Of a stretch of 43,090 bases of DNA, positions 26,482-35,532 are shown in pieces (position 1 is the first letter of the stretch; each line of letters opens with the position of its first letter). The DNA comes from a virus (taxonomy: Duplodnaviria > Caudoviricetes), in the IMG/VR virus record IMGVR_UViG_3300032255_000004, positions 1 through 43,090 of that record, one strand, 5' to 3'. The notes beneath the pieces are model-generated. The model was not told where the DNA came from. It made no database searches and worked only from the letters and a program-made list of their open reading frames with translations. The position numbers and the translations under genes were made by a program.

Positions 26482-27750
26482 ATGGCTGCACCCGCAGTAA
26501 ACAACATACAGAGCACGTCAAGCTCACTAACGCTATCGTACACAGTACCTACTGTCACAGATGGCCGCTTGGTCGTGATGGTGGGGATAGAAGATGTTGG
26601 TAACAACAATCCCATTACTGGCGTTACGTTTGGTGCAGCCGCATTAACTCAAGATGCTGATGCCGTATCTGTGTTGGGTAGCAACTCAAATAGAATGGCG
26701 ATTTACTCGCTGGCATTACCTACCGCTGGTACAGATACAATAACCATATCGGCAAGCAATGAGCGTATCGGCATCATTGCTTTTACGTTGAGCGATTGCG
26801 GTGCAAAAACAGATTCAGACACGGATGTAATCACTTCATCCGGATCAACGATGACAACCAACGTCACGACTGTTGGTGCCGATAATATTGTTGTATCTTG
26901 TACGAATAACTCAACCACAACAGCAACAACAAACCCAGCCGGAACAACGGCAATACGCAACCTAAACTCCAGCTCAACGGTCAGGTTTCAATCATTTTAT
27001 GAAGATGCGGCAAGCGCTGGTTTAGTTAGTAGTACCGCTTCAGGGTTTGACATTCGCTCAGCAATGGCGACGGTTAGTTATGCACCTAGTGCTGGCGGTG
27101 GCGGTTTAACTGTACAGCCGACAGGTATAGCCTCTGAAGAAAGCTTTGGTTCACCTTCAGTACAGAACCAGCTTCAGATCCTAGGAACTACAGGTATAGC
27201 CTCGGAGGAGAGCTTCGGAACTCCCTCGGTTGCAAATCAATCTCAGGTGGTTTCTGCTGTTAGTATAGCTACATCGGAAGTGTTCGGGACACCTGAGCTT
27301 GTACAGGCTGTTGTTCTTGTACCGTCAGGTATAAGCACTTCAGAGCTGTTCGGAGATCCTGAGGTTATCTCAGTGCTTCAGCAAGTGTTCGTTGACGCGA
27401 TAGCCTCGGGAGAAGCTTTCGGTGCCGTGTTTGTGTCAGGAGGTGATAGCATTGTCATCCCTGTGGTGGACAGGCAGACGTACGATAAGATCAGTACGTA
27501 CCTGAAGACTCTAGGGTTCACGGGACAGTGCAATGATATTATCTATGCTTGGTTAGTAAGTGAAGGGTTACAAGGTCAGTACAATGATCTCTGGTACGAT
27601 TATTTACAACAGCTAGGGCTACAAGGCACTGAGTCTGATATGTTCGCTGCTTGGAAGAAAGGTGGCGGCGTTATCCCTTGGATTCTGGAACAAGGTTCTT
27701 GGAATGATGCAGGGGTGTGGCGAGATAGTTCTGTTTGGAACGATAGTTAA
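26482..27750 (+). CDS. Putative fibre/appendage protein with five ~22-aa repeats
   Basis: Ser/Thr-rich beta domain, AGGGG linker, repeats GIASEESFGSP / GIASEESFGTP / SIATSEVFGTP / GISTSELFGDP / AIASGEAFGA, Trp-rich C-terminus. Confidence 0.7.
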   Translation: MAAPAVNNIQSTSSSLTLSYTVPTVTDGRLVVMVGIEDVGNNNPITGVTFGAAALTQDADAVSVLGSNSNRMAIYSLALPTAGTDTITISASNERIGIIAFTLSDCGAKTDSDTDVITSSGSTMTTNVTTVGADNIVVSCTNNSTTTATTNPAGTTAIRNLNSSSTVRFQSFYEDAASAGLVSSTASGFDIRSAMATVSYAPSAGGGGLTVQPTGIASEESFGSPSVQNQLQILGTTGIASEESFGTPSVANQSQVVSAVSIATSEVFGTPELVQAVVLVPSGISTSELFGDPEVISVLQQVFVDAIASGEAFGAVFVSGGDSIVIPVVDRQTYDKISTYLKTLGFTGQCNDIIYAWLVSEGLQGQYNDLWYDYLQQLGLQGTESDMFAAWKKGGGVIPWILEQGSWNDAGVWRDSSVWNDS

Positions 27751-27767
27751 TTCAATGTTAGGAATAA

Positions 27768-28337
27768 GTGATGTCAATACAAATAATAAATGATGGGGAG
27801 CTTGGAAGTTCAGTACGGGATAAGTTGAACGACTCTATCCAGAGGGGGAACAGGGATGTAGGGTACGCTACTTTTGTAGACACTCAGTACACCCTGAACT
27901 CGCCGTTGGTAGTGAGCCAAGGTTCGACAGTGGCCCTCCCTAACAACAGCACAGGGGACCTGATAACGTATCTCCCTGAGAACAGTTCCGGAATGTATAA
28001 CGGCACAAGGCTTGTAGCAGATAATGTAGGGGATGAGTACACTTTACGTATCAGTATCGGGGCTTTTACTACATCTAACAACGGTGGCTTTGATTTAAGT
28101 GTAGATATAAGTGCGCTCGGAGACGGGAGCATTACGATTGCACGTTACCCTGTACGTATGTTCCGAGGGACAGGTTCAGCTAATGCACAGGTGTACACAG
28201 TAAATGTTCCGTACTTCACTCTTAGCACATTCGTCGCAAACGGAGGACTTATCCGTCTGGAGAGTATCACAGGGGATACATCTGTGTACGGTATTCAGTA
28301 CTACATCAGGAAGGTTTCTGCGGGAGAATACTCCTAA
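27768..28337 (+). CDS. Putative structural protein (short anchor plus beta-sandwich)
   Basis: INDGELGSSVRDKLND start resembles fibre-anchor motifs. Confidence 0.6.
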   Translation: MMSIQIINDGELGSSVRDKLNDSIQRGNRDVGYATFVDTQYTLNSPLVVSQGSTVALPNNSTGDLITYLPENSSGMYNGTRLVADNVGDEYTLRISIGAFTTSNNGGFDLSVDISALGDGSITIARYPVRMFRGTGSANAQVYTVNVPYFTLSTFVANGGLIRLESITGDTSVYGIQYYIRKVSAGEYS

Positions 28338-28744
28338 TGGACCCGATTACAGTAGGGAGCCTGATAGGTTTAGGGAAAGAGTTAATCAGTAGGGTATGGC
28401 CTGATCCTCAGCAACAAGCTGAAGAACTCAGGAAACTGAAAGAGCTAGAGCAGAGTGGAGATCTGGCTGAGCTACAAGCTTATATCCAAATCTTACAGGG
28501 AAGGGTTAGTATTATCAAGGAAGAGGCCAGCTCCGAACATTTCATAACTGCTACATGGCGGCCTATAACGATGTTAACCTTTACAGGTTTAGTTGTTGCG
28601 AGGTGGTTAGGTTTTAGTGCGGAGGGGATAACAGAGGCTGAGTACATCCAGCTCTGGGAGATCTTGAAGCTAGGGATAGGTGGGTACGTGGTAGGACGTA
28701 GTGGTGAGAAGATAATGAAAGTTTACAAGCAGAACGGGGGCTAA
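28337..28744 (+). CDS. Holin (3TM / GTA-holin-like family)
   Basis: TWRP motif, two TM segments and GGYVVGRSGEK C-terminal motif. Confidence 0.75.
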   Translation: MDPITVGSLIGLGKELISRVWPDPQQQAEELRKLKELEQSGDLAELQAYIQILQGRVSIIKEEASSEHFITATWRPITMLTFTGLVVARWLGFSAEGITEAEYIQLWEILKLGIGGYVVGRSGEKIMKVYKQNGG

Positions 28745-28760
28745 CGCCCCTTTTCTTTTT
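28736..28760 (+). terminator. Terminator at the convergence of the two arms
   Basis: GGGG-gctaacg-CCCC-ttttcttttt. Confidence 0.7.
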
Positions 28761-28887
28761 CCTGCTTTTCACGTAAGCGGTCTAGATGCCGTTGTGTAGC
28801 TTTTAACTGTTGTTCATAGAACTGAATCAGTTGGTTCACCTCCCCCGAAGGGGATGGTAAAGGGGGTAAATCGAACGGGTTAACCAT
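28741..28887 (-). CDS. Small hypothetical protein (48 aa)
   Basis: AGGAG RBS; MVNPFDLPPLPSPSGEVNQLIQFYEQQLK...; not in the ORF track. Confidence 0.6.
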   Translation of the reverse strand: MVNPFDLPPLPSPSGEVNQLIQFYEQQLKATQRHLDRLREKQEKEKGR

Positions 28888-28896
28888 GGTGTTCTC

Positions 28897-29385
28897 CTAG
28901 ATGCAATGCCTGATGTAAGCGTCTTTGTAATCTTGTACAGAGGCTTTCCCTGCTGAAGTGTTCCATACACGTTTAGCGTACTGAGCTAACTGAAGTACAC
29001 CTTCCTCAGTCTTTAAGTTCTCAGATGGTAAAGGCTCACGATCTCTGTAATAAATCATACGGGCTATAGCAGTCTGGTACAGAAGATTGCCACATAGTTC
29101 TTGTTCTTCTGTCCCTGCTGCTGTTATCCAATCTTGGACCCACTCCATAACTCTCTGACCTTTGCACTTCAAGAAGTTCTTCCAGAGGTCTTCATGAGTT
29201 GCTGGCTCGATCTGGTAGATACCACAAGCAGGGCCTTGTACTTGTTTGATGTACCGACCCCCTTGTGTCTCATGAGCTTGGGTCATCATCAAGAGTTCAA
29301 CTGCTGTCTCAGAGTACGGTACAACTCTATCCAGTTTCTGAAGCACAGGTTGTACAACGAATTCACGTAGTTGTTGTTGATTCAT
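28897..29385 (-). CDS. Putative endolysin (lysozyme / lytic transglycosylase fold)
   Basis: AHET catalytic-Glu-like motif, GPACGIYQIEPAT and YAKRVWNT motifs. Confidence 0.7.
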   Translation of the reverse strand: MNQQQLREFVVQPVLQKLDRVVPYSETAVELLMMTQAHETQGGRYIKQVQGPACGIYQIEPATHEDLWKNFLKCKGQRVMEWVQDWITAAGTEEQELCGNLLYQTAIARMIYYRDREPLPSENLKTEEGVLQLAQYAKRVWNTSAGKASVQDYKDAYIRHCI

Positions 29386-29393
29386 GTGCTCTC

Positions 29394-29570
29394 CTAGATT
29401 GTGCAGCTATCGCCGCAATCACTGTTACCGTCGTCTTGTTGATAAAAGATTTCTACATCCTCCACTTGAAGGTTAACATTACCCCAATCATCAATCTCGT
29501 CTACAGCTTGTAGGTCGTGAGGATCTTCAGCTTGTACCTTCATCCCCCACTCCTTTAACTCTTGGCTCAT
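29394..29570 (-). CDS. Small acidic protein (58 aa) ending QDDGNSDCGDSCTI
   Basis: TAATG coupling to the upstream ORF, GGAGG upstream; fills the gap; not in the ORF track. Confidence 0.7.
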   Translation of the reverse strand: MSQELKEWGMKVQAEDPHDLQAVDEIDDWGNVNLQVEDVEIFYQQDDGNSDCGDSCTI

Positions 29571-29779
29571 TACTCTACACCTCCGGTAATGCCTACAACA
29601 TTACTTGCAGCTTGCTCCTGCATAGCCTCAGCTTGCTCCTGTTGCTCTCTGATGCTTCGCTCGTATTTAGCTAAGGCGTAGTACTCTCGCTGCCAGAACT
29701 CACTTAACCCATCGAACTCTGAACCGTCTTCTTTTGAGAGCACTGCTGCTGCTTGTTTTAATTCACCGATTACACTCAT
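29570..29779 (-). CDS. Hypothetical protein (69 aa)
   Basis: Start corrected to ATG 29779 (GAGG RBS, ATGA overlap). Confidence 0.7.
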   Translation of the reverse strand: MSVIGELKQAAAVLSKEDGSEFDGLSEFWQREYYALAKYERSIREQQEQAEAMQEQAASNVVGITGGVE

Positions 29780-30132
29780 TGTTGTTCCTCTAAGGTTAAC
29801 ATAAACATTAAACAACACCCTGCATGTGCAAGGTGGGATAGGCCGGATTCGGAATCTACTGTTTCGCCACGTTGAATAGCGTACAGGTGTCGATACAGTG
29901 CATCAAAATATCTCTGGTAGCCATCTGGTACTTCTTGCCATGAATTCGCCGAGTATTTTTTAGCTCCGAATTCAAGGACTTGTAGTATCTTTTCTAAACT
30001 TTTAACAGGCAACAAGGTCGGGCGAATTTTATCCCCATCGAACTTATTCCCCTTACCCCGCTGGTCGAGTTGATCTAATTCTGGAATCACCTCCTGTACA
30101 ATATCCACAGGGGCGAGCGTACCGAAACTCAT
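29776..30132 (-). CDS. DUF5664 / dATP-dGTP diphosphohydrolase-like protein
   Basis: KFDGDKIRPTLLP, FGAKKYSANSW, ALYRHL and DSESGLSHLAHA motifs. Confidence 0.85.
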   Translation of the reverse strand: MSFGTLAPVDIVQEVIPELDQLDQRGKGNKFDGDKIRPTLLPVKSLEKILQVLEFGAKKYSANSWQEVPDGYQRYFDALYRHLYAIQRGETVDSESGLSHLAHAGCCLMFMLTLEEQQ

Positions 30133-30896
30133 AAATATTTCCTCATCAGATAATTTATATCCACTATACAGGGACTGTAATCCCCATCCTTGACGTTATG
30201 TTTCATTACTACCCCTCGGAAGTGATCATTCCCTTGAGGCCCGATGTAGTCCTCGTAGTGTGTGTAGAAGCTACCTGCCACTAACCCCCAGATCTTAGTT
30301 CCAGCGTTATTGGTTTCAGTAGCTATCTGTAATCCTTGCTGATGTCCCATCGTGAAGCTAGTCTTTACTTTGCTGAGCTTGTTCTGGATGGTCCCTCCGT
30401 AAGGTCTACCTGACATCGGGTTATAGAAGTAATGAGCGTACACAATACCGTCGATGTTAACTGGCTGTAAGAACGGTTGGACTTCCCACCCCATTTCTTC
30501 TAGTCCGAGTTGATCCATCCCTAACGATCCATCTAGTTCAGGGTTACTCTCTACATGACGATTAATACGGTTCTCATGGTTCCCAAGAGTGAACACCATA
30601 CGAGGCGTGTACTGCTTCTTCTTGTTCTGCTTCTGACGGGCCTGTAACGTCCTCAGGGGCTGTAACAGTCTCTCCATAGCCCTCTGCCCTGCATCAATAT
30701 CTTGAAGCACTCTACGGCCTTCCATGGCCTTCTTACCACGGTCGTATGAACTAAGGCTAGGCATGTCCCAGTGATCACCGATATGGACAATAACATCAGG
30801 ACGTTTCTCTACGATGTAGTTCCCTGCTGCTTCTAGGTGATCGGTGGATACACCTTCCTTAACTTGGGTATCTGGAATTACGAAATGTTTAGTCAT
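30129..30896 (-). CDS. Calcineurin-like metallophosphoesterase
   Basis: IPDTQ, IGDHWD, LGNHENR and MGHQQ motifs. Confidence 0.9.
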   Translation of the reverse strand: MTKHFVIPDTQVKEGVSTDHLEAAGNYIVEKRPDVIVHIGDHWDMPSLSSYDRGKKAMEGRRVLQDIDAGQRAMERLLQPLRTLQARQKQNKKKQYTPRMVFTLGNHENRINRHVESNPELDGSLGMDQLGLEEMGWEVQPFLQPVNIDGIVYAHYFYNPMSGRPYGGTIQNKLSKVKTSFTMGHQQGLQIATETNNAGTKIWGLVAGSFYTHYEDYIGPQGNDHFRGVVMKHNVKDGDYSPCIVDINYLMRKYL

Positions 30897-30908
30897 TCAG
30901 TATTTCCC

Positions 30909-31352
30909 TCAGTGTCGGGGTACGCATTGTTGGAGCTGCCTGATCCGGTCCCTGTACTTCTGCTTCGCTTTCTCTGTCTTCAAAGTTCTGATTCGTTTCT
31001 TGCATTTCAAGATCTCCTTCTGCTGTTCAGTTCTATGTGTAGGGTGTAAAGGGTTCTTGCTGTAATCTTGATCCCAGTACTTCAGTAGATTCTGGAGGAA
31101 CTCGACAGGATGTACACCTTTACCCGTCCTCGTTATCCAACTAAGTACCCTACCTTCTACCTGATTACATTGCCGATGTAAGACCATACGCACCTCTCCG
31201 TTCTGATGGTTATGGTCCAGTACAGCATCATCGAACTTGATCCGTGTTCCGCACAAAGGGCAGATCGAGTTCTGCTTCCTGAGTTGTGTCTCTCGGTACT
31301 TTCGAATATCTTTACTTTTCAGCTTGTTCAAAGCATCACTCAGAGCATTCAT
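30909..31352 (-). CDS. Recombination endonuclease VII-like nuclease
   Basis: CPLC...LDHNHQNGEVRMVLHRQCN motif. Confidence 0.85.
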   Translation of the reverse strand: MNALSDALNKLKSKDIRKYRETQLRKQNSICPLCGTRIKFDDAVLDHNHQNGEVRMVLHRQCNQVEGRVLSWITRTGKGVHPVEFLQNLLKYWDQDYSKNPLHPTHRTEQQKEILKCKKRIRTLKTEKAKQKYRDRIRQLQQCVPRH

Positions 31353-31566
31353 CCGCTACGAGGTACTCTGCACCGTCATCTGTGATCTTGATTGACCCTA
31401 AGTACAGTCCATCTTGGTCTGTGTAATGCGTAAAGATATCAGCGTCATCAGTGTCTAGGTCCATAGTGGCATCGTAGTGATTCACTTGATCTAATCGCGA
31501 TTGGAACTCTTCTTTCGATACAGGGACAAGATCCCATACCAGTGCGTCTAACTGTTGTTGGTCCAT
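31336..31566 (-). CDS. Hypothetical acidic protein
   Basis: 76-aa ORF with AAGGA RBS. Confidence 0.65.
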   Translation of the reverse strand: MDQQQLDALVWDLVPVSKEEFQSRLDQVNHYDATMDLDTDDADIFTHYTDQDGLYLGSIKITDDGAEYLVADECSE

Positions 31567-31575
31567 ACAGTTTCC

Positions 31576-31755
31576 TTATGTAACCTCCCGAACGTCTGAT
31601 TCCCAGACTATCTCGTTGTTGTTAAGTACAAGGATGATTCCACGATCAGATTCGTTCACAACTTCTGACACGTAGTCCATGTAACCCTGCTTAATAACTC
31701 CACAACAACTGTCAGGTTTATTAAGCACTTGTATTTTAGACCCCACCTTGATCAT
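31576..31755 (-). CDS. Small hypothetical protein (59 aa)
   Basis: MIKVGSKIQVLNKP...VREVT*; ATGA overlap with the upstream gene; not in the ORF track. Confidence 0.65.
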   Translation of the reverse strand: MIKVGSKIQVLNKPDSCCGVIKQGYMDYVSEVVNESDRGIILVLNNNEIVWESDVREVT

Positions 31756-32114
31756 TTAGTTCCCTCATAACGACAAACCTTTACAAGTAAACCTTTCCGC
31801 AGTGCAATATCAATCATATGTTGAGTTCCCCTCGACTTACCGTCCCAGAAAGCTATTAAAGCTTCAGCGTACTCAGCCATCTGAGTGTTACGAATAAAGC
31901 CCGCTGATTTACCGTGGATATCCCAGTCTGCGGGGAATCTTTTTAGATTCAGTTCACACTCAAGAGCGTAGTCCTCACCTAAGGAATCTGCTCCACGAGC
32001 TGCTCCGGAGATAATAGTTACTGTGCTTGATACAGATTGCCTGAAGGAATCTAAAGTAATCCCTAGAAGTCCTGCATCTTTGAAGTCCCTCCCCCCAGCT
32101 ACTATTGTCCTCAT
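31752..32114 (-). CDS. SLOG-family protein (DUF2493 / YspA-like)
   Basis: IVAGGRDF, ISGAARGAD, AGFIRNTQM and AFWDGKSRGT motifs; start corrected to 32114. Confidence 0.9.
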   Translation of the reverse strand: MRTIVAGGRDFKDAGLLGITLDSFRQSVSSTVTIISGAARGADSLGEDYALECELNLKRFPADWDIHGKSAGFIRNTQMAEYAEALIAFWDGKSRGTQHMIDIALRKGLLVKVCRYEGTK

Positions 32115-32887
32115 ACTCCCTCCCACATCACAGGTTTTTGATCTTGATCAAGTTCTTGAATCATCCAGAGCAGTTGTGCGTTCTCCATGAACGCCTCCTG
32201 CGCCGACTCACCAATCTTCGTGTTGTATAGTTCACTCGTAGCATCGTATAGTTCCTGTTCAGTTTGTAATTCGTTCAGGGTTTTGTACGCTAGTACATCC
32301 CCTGCTTTTGGTATACCTTGGATGTTATCTACCCGATCCCCCATGATACATTGGGCATAGAACCACTTCAGACCGCCTCCAGTGAGCTTCTTCTTAGAAC
32401 TAATGCTGAGGTAGCCTAACTCACTGATGTACTCCAGAGGCTTCTCTGGTTGCTTTCCTACACCGTAGCTGTAATGCCAGCCGGGGACCATCCTTAGGTC
32501 TTTATCTCTCGATACAATACAGGTGTTCAATCCTTCCTGTATTTGCTGGATACTTAAAGCATCATCTGCTTCCATTCCGTGTATTACTTCAGCGTTGTAC
32601 CTGTACTGTAACCATGATCTCATATTCATGTAATGGAAAGGTTTCTCACGTTTCCGTGTACCTTTGTATGTTTGGATTGTAGCTAACTCGTTCCTGAAAT
32701 TACCTGAACCTGTGAGGTACATCTTGAAATCTGTGCATCCAGTACGTTCAAGGATCTCTTCCAGTCTGCTCTCACAGAGTTCAATGCAGTACAGAAAAGG
32801 GAGGATCAAGTCCTCCCTCTCTGCTGAGTACGGTATATCGTACGTGAACAAGTCAGCATCTATTAACGCTAACTTAGGTGCCTGCAT
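32111..32887 (-). CDS. 5'-3' exonuclease (T7 gp6 / flap nuclease family)
   Basis: LIDAD, YKGTR, EADD, SRDKDL and GDRVDNIQG motifs. Confidence 0.92.
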   Translation of the reverse strand: MQAPKLALIDADLFTYDIPYSAEREDLILPFLYCIELCESRLEEILERTGCTDFKMYLTGSGNFRNELATIQTYKGTRKREKPFHYMNMRSWLQYRYNAEVIHGMEADDALSIQQIQEGLNTCIVSRDKDLRMVPGWHYSYGVGKQPEKPLEYISELGYLSISSKKKLTGGGLKWFYAQCIMGDRVDNIQGIPKAGDVLAYKTLNELQTEQELYDATSELYNTKIGESAQEAFMENAQLLWMIQELDQDQKPVMWEGV

Positions 32888-32888
32888 C

Positions 32889-33584
32889 CTAGAACGGTAT
32901 ATCGTCGTCGAAGTCTGCTACCTCTGCACGAGATACCTTATCTGCTGGGATATCTGAAGGGTCAGCACCCTCTGTACTTGCTGTTACAGGACGGTCAGTT
33001 CCTTCAACGGCATGTTGTAGGCGAGATCCATCGTACTGGAGGTTCTCCTTGATGATGTTCTGTAACCAGTCCGGTAACTTCGCCCATACTTCCATATCCG
33101 GAGCACTAAGATCAAACACCGCAGAAGGATTCTCTAGCGGTGGAACCTCCATACCTTGCATCACAGGCATCACATCACTGATGTTATCGAAGATCTTACC
33201 CTCGTTCTTACCGGAACCTGCATCATGTGATACAAAGGCAGCACAGCTAGTATTCACTAATCTAGCCCAATCGCCCTCGAACTTATTATCAGGGTCTAGA
33301 CGTTCGTACCACTTCACACAGGTACTTTTCTCGTGAGAGCTGAGCTTGAATCGCTTAGACTTCCACATAGGTCGAGACTCACCTTGAACATCAATCCGTG
33401 AATGCGGGAACTCGAACGTTAGGTACACCTCGAACGCTGGCTTTTTCTCCTGACCTTGGAAGGGTCGTTGTTTCTGTAGGCCGAGATCAATTACTTGGAC
33501 AAGACGAACAGGGTGTTGGCCTTTATCAAGAAGTTTACGTTCGGTGGTTGATTGTCCTGATTGTTTTGGTGCTTTTATTGGCAT
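32889..33584 (-). CDS. Putative single-stranded DNA-binding protein
   Basis: C-terminal DFDDDIPF SSB tail; lies between polymerase and exonuclease. Confidence 0.7.
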   Translation of the reverse strand: MPIKAPKQSGQSTTERKLLDKGQHPVRLVQVIDLGLQKQRPFQGQEKKPAFEVYLTFEFPHSRIDVQGESRPMWKSKRFKLSSHEKSTCVKWYERLDPDNKFEGDWARLVNTSCAAFVSHDAGSGKNEGKIFDNISDVMPVMQGMEVPPLENPSAVFDLSAPDMEVWAKLPDWLQNIIKENLQYDGSRLQHAVEGTDRPVTASTEGADPSDIPADKVSRAEVADFDDDIPF

Positions 33585-33591
33585 ATTATTC

Positions 33592-35532
33592 CTAATGTGT
33601 TTCGGCCCAGTTCATCCCTTGATCGGATTCACCTTTATGGGGGCATTGTATTTTTAAGTACTGAGCTGCATGAGCTATACTTCGGTCTGCTAGTGGGATG
33701 TACGTTTGAACTAAATCTTTTCGAACCATGCACTGATACTCATCATGCACATTAGCTACGAAATAGTACTCCTTCCCGTGTACCCATCCTAGATCTTGAA
33801 GCCATTTTACAAGGAAGCACAGTGCGTACTGCATCAGGATAGCTTCATCTGATTGCAGAGCGTACACTAGTACATCTTTTTCGTGCTTGACTTTCACAGG
33901 TCTACCGTCTAACCCTTTGAATACCCCATCCCTGTGTTCAGGTTTACCCCAATCGTTCAGGAAAACACGCGCTGATTGTCTCCACTCTTTTTGAAGGACA
34001 TCTTGCACACCTACTTGAGCTGTGAATATTCCATCTAGTGCGGATCGTATCGCTGTGCCTATTCGGACAGGCTGGTTAGCCATAGTACCTAGCTTTTTAT
34101 CTTGGGCATTGAACTTATAAGCGTAATTAAAGTTCTTAGCCCCTTGTCGTGTTATCTCAGGTATCTTGTTCTTCCTGAACACTTCGTTGATTGCTGCTGC
34201 GGCTCTAGAGTGGGAGTCTGTACCCTTCTCTTTGTTACCATTCAGTAGCATATCTTCGAACACAGGGTCGTTCACCCCGTACAAATTAGCCCTGCCTAGA
34301 AGCATTCTGTCTTGGCAAGAGGCTGAGTCTGTACCTACTAGAACGTAGCCGTTATCGGCAACAAAGAACTCTCGCATCTTTGCTCCGAAGAACGCCTCAT
34401 TTCCTGGGACGTTAACGATTCCTGAATGTTTAAGACGTCCGGTGTCAGCAATTCCTGTGATCCTCTGTCGGATTGTAGGAGTGCCGTCATGTCTTCTACG
34501 CACTGACTGTATCCAGCCTTGAATAATGCTTTTTCGTGACTGGCATTGAACTCTTTTAGCTGCGAGTCTACCGAGTGAGCCAGATATACCGTTGAACTCA
34601 TCATTACCGTTAAGCTTAGGACTACTACGGATAAAGTTACCTTGTTCATCTTTCATTGGCCTTTTAGTTACAGGATCTTTTTTGTAGTTCCATTCAGTAG
34701 GAACCCATCCGAGATCTAATAAGAACTTCTTGAGTTCTGGTTGACTGTTCAAGTTCACAGGTCGGAACTGTACCCTAGTAAATGGACCAGAGACAGTACT
34801 TTGCTGTTCAGGTGTATCGAACCATCGGGAAGCGATCACATTCAAGGATCGATCTTGTTTGAATGGTTTACGTACAGGAGTTTCACCGTAAGGTTTCTCC
34901 AACACTTGAGGTAGTTTAGGTTCAAGAGCGCGATCAATACGGGAGACCCAGTGCTCTAACCTATGTACAGCCTGTGCCATCTTATCAGGATCTACAGGCC
35001 ACCCCATTTGTTCCTGCTCATGGAGTATATCGAACAGTTTATGCGTTAACCTGAAGCAATCTTTAGGCCAGCCCTGAGCTTTAGCTTCTTTGATGCAGAG
35101 ATTGTACAGCTGAAGTTGTATCCGTACATCTTCTGTGCATCGGTGCAGCATCTCAGGAGAGAACTTCGACCAGTCTTCATGTTCAGGCTTCTGTATACCG
35201 AATGTTGCACCCCATGACTCTACAGAATGGGGGCCAGCCCGTACTCCTTTCGGAGATACCCTCTGAGGGAACAGCATACGAGATAGTAACAGTGTATCGT
35301 GTTTAACACCTTTGTACTCGTAACCGTACAGTTTCTTCAGTACAGGGAAGTCATAGCCGTAACCGTTATGGAACACTAACGCGTCACAGGTATCCATGAA
35401 CTCCAACATAGGCTCAGGTGAAGTGAACTTGTGTATATCGCCTGTACGGATATCTATGAAAACACCGCAGTGTACCGTAGTTACATCGTCGAGTAAGGCA
35501 TCACCTTCTAGATCTGCAACACAAGTAAGCAT
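33592..35532 (-). CDS. DNA polymerase, family A (T7-like) with 3'-5' exonuclease
   Basis: Exo motifs DLE, HNGYGYD and CTEDV; ADTGRLKH; motif A GTDSASCQDR; motif B RQGAKNFNY; motif C VHDEYQ. Confidence 0.95.
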   Translation of the reverse strand: MLTCVADLEGDALLDDVTTVHCGVFIDIRTGDIHKFTSPEPMLEFMDTCDALVFHNGYGYDFPVLKKLYGYEYKGVKHDTLLLSRMLFPQRVSPKGVRAGPHSVESWGATFGIQKPEHEDWSKFSPEMLHRCTEDVRIQLQLYNLCIKEAKAQGWPKDCFRLTHKLFDILHEQEQMGWPVDPDKMAQAVHRLEHWVSRIDRALEPKLPQVLEKPYGETPVRKPFKQDRSLNVIASRWFDTPEQQSTVSGPFTRVQFRPVNLNSQPELKKFLLDLGWVPTEWNYKKDPVTKRPMKDEQGNFIRSSPKLNGNDEFNGISGSLGRLAAKRVQCQSRKSIIQGWIQSVRRRHDGTPTIRQRITGIADTGRLKHSGIVNVPGNEAFFGAKMREFFVADNGYVLVGTDSASCQDRMLLGRANLYGVNDPVFEDMLLNGNKEKGTDSHSRAAAAINEVFRKNKIPEITRQGAKNFNYAYKFNAQDKKLGTMANQPVRIGTAIRSALDGIFTAQVGVQDVLQKEWRQSARVFLNDWGKPEHRDGVFKGLDGRPVKVKHEKDVLVYALQSDEAILMQYALCFLVKWLQDLGWVHGKEYYFVANVHDEYQCMVRKDLVQTYIPLADRSIAHAAQYLKIQCPHKGESDQGMNWAETH

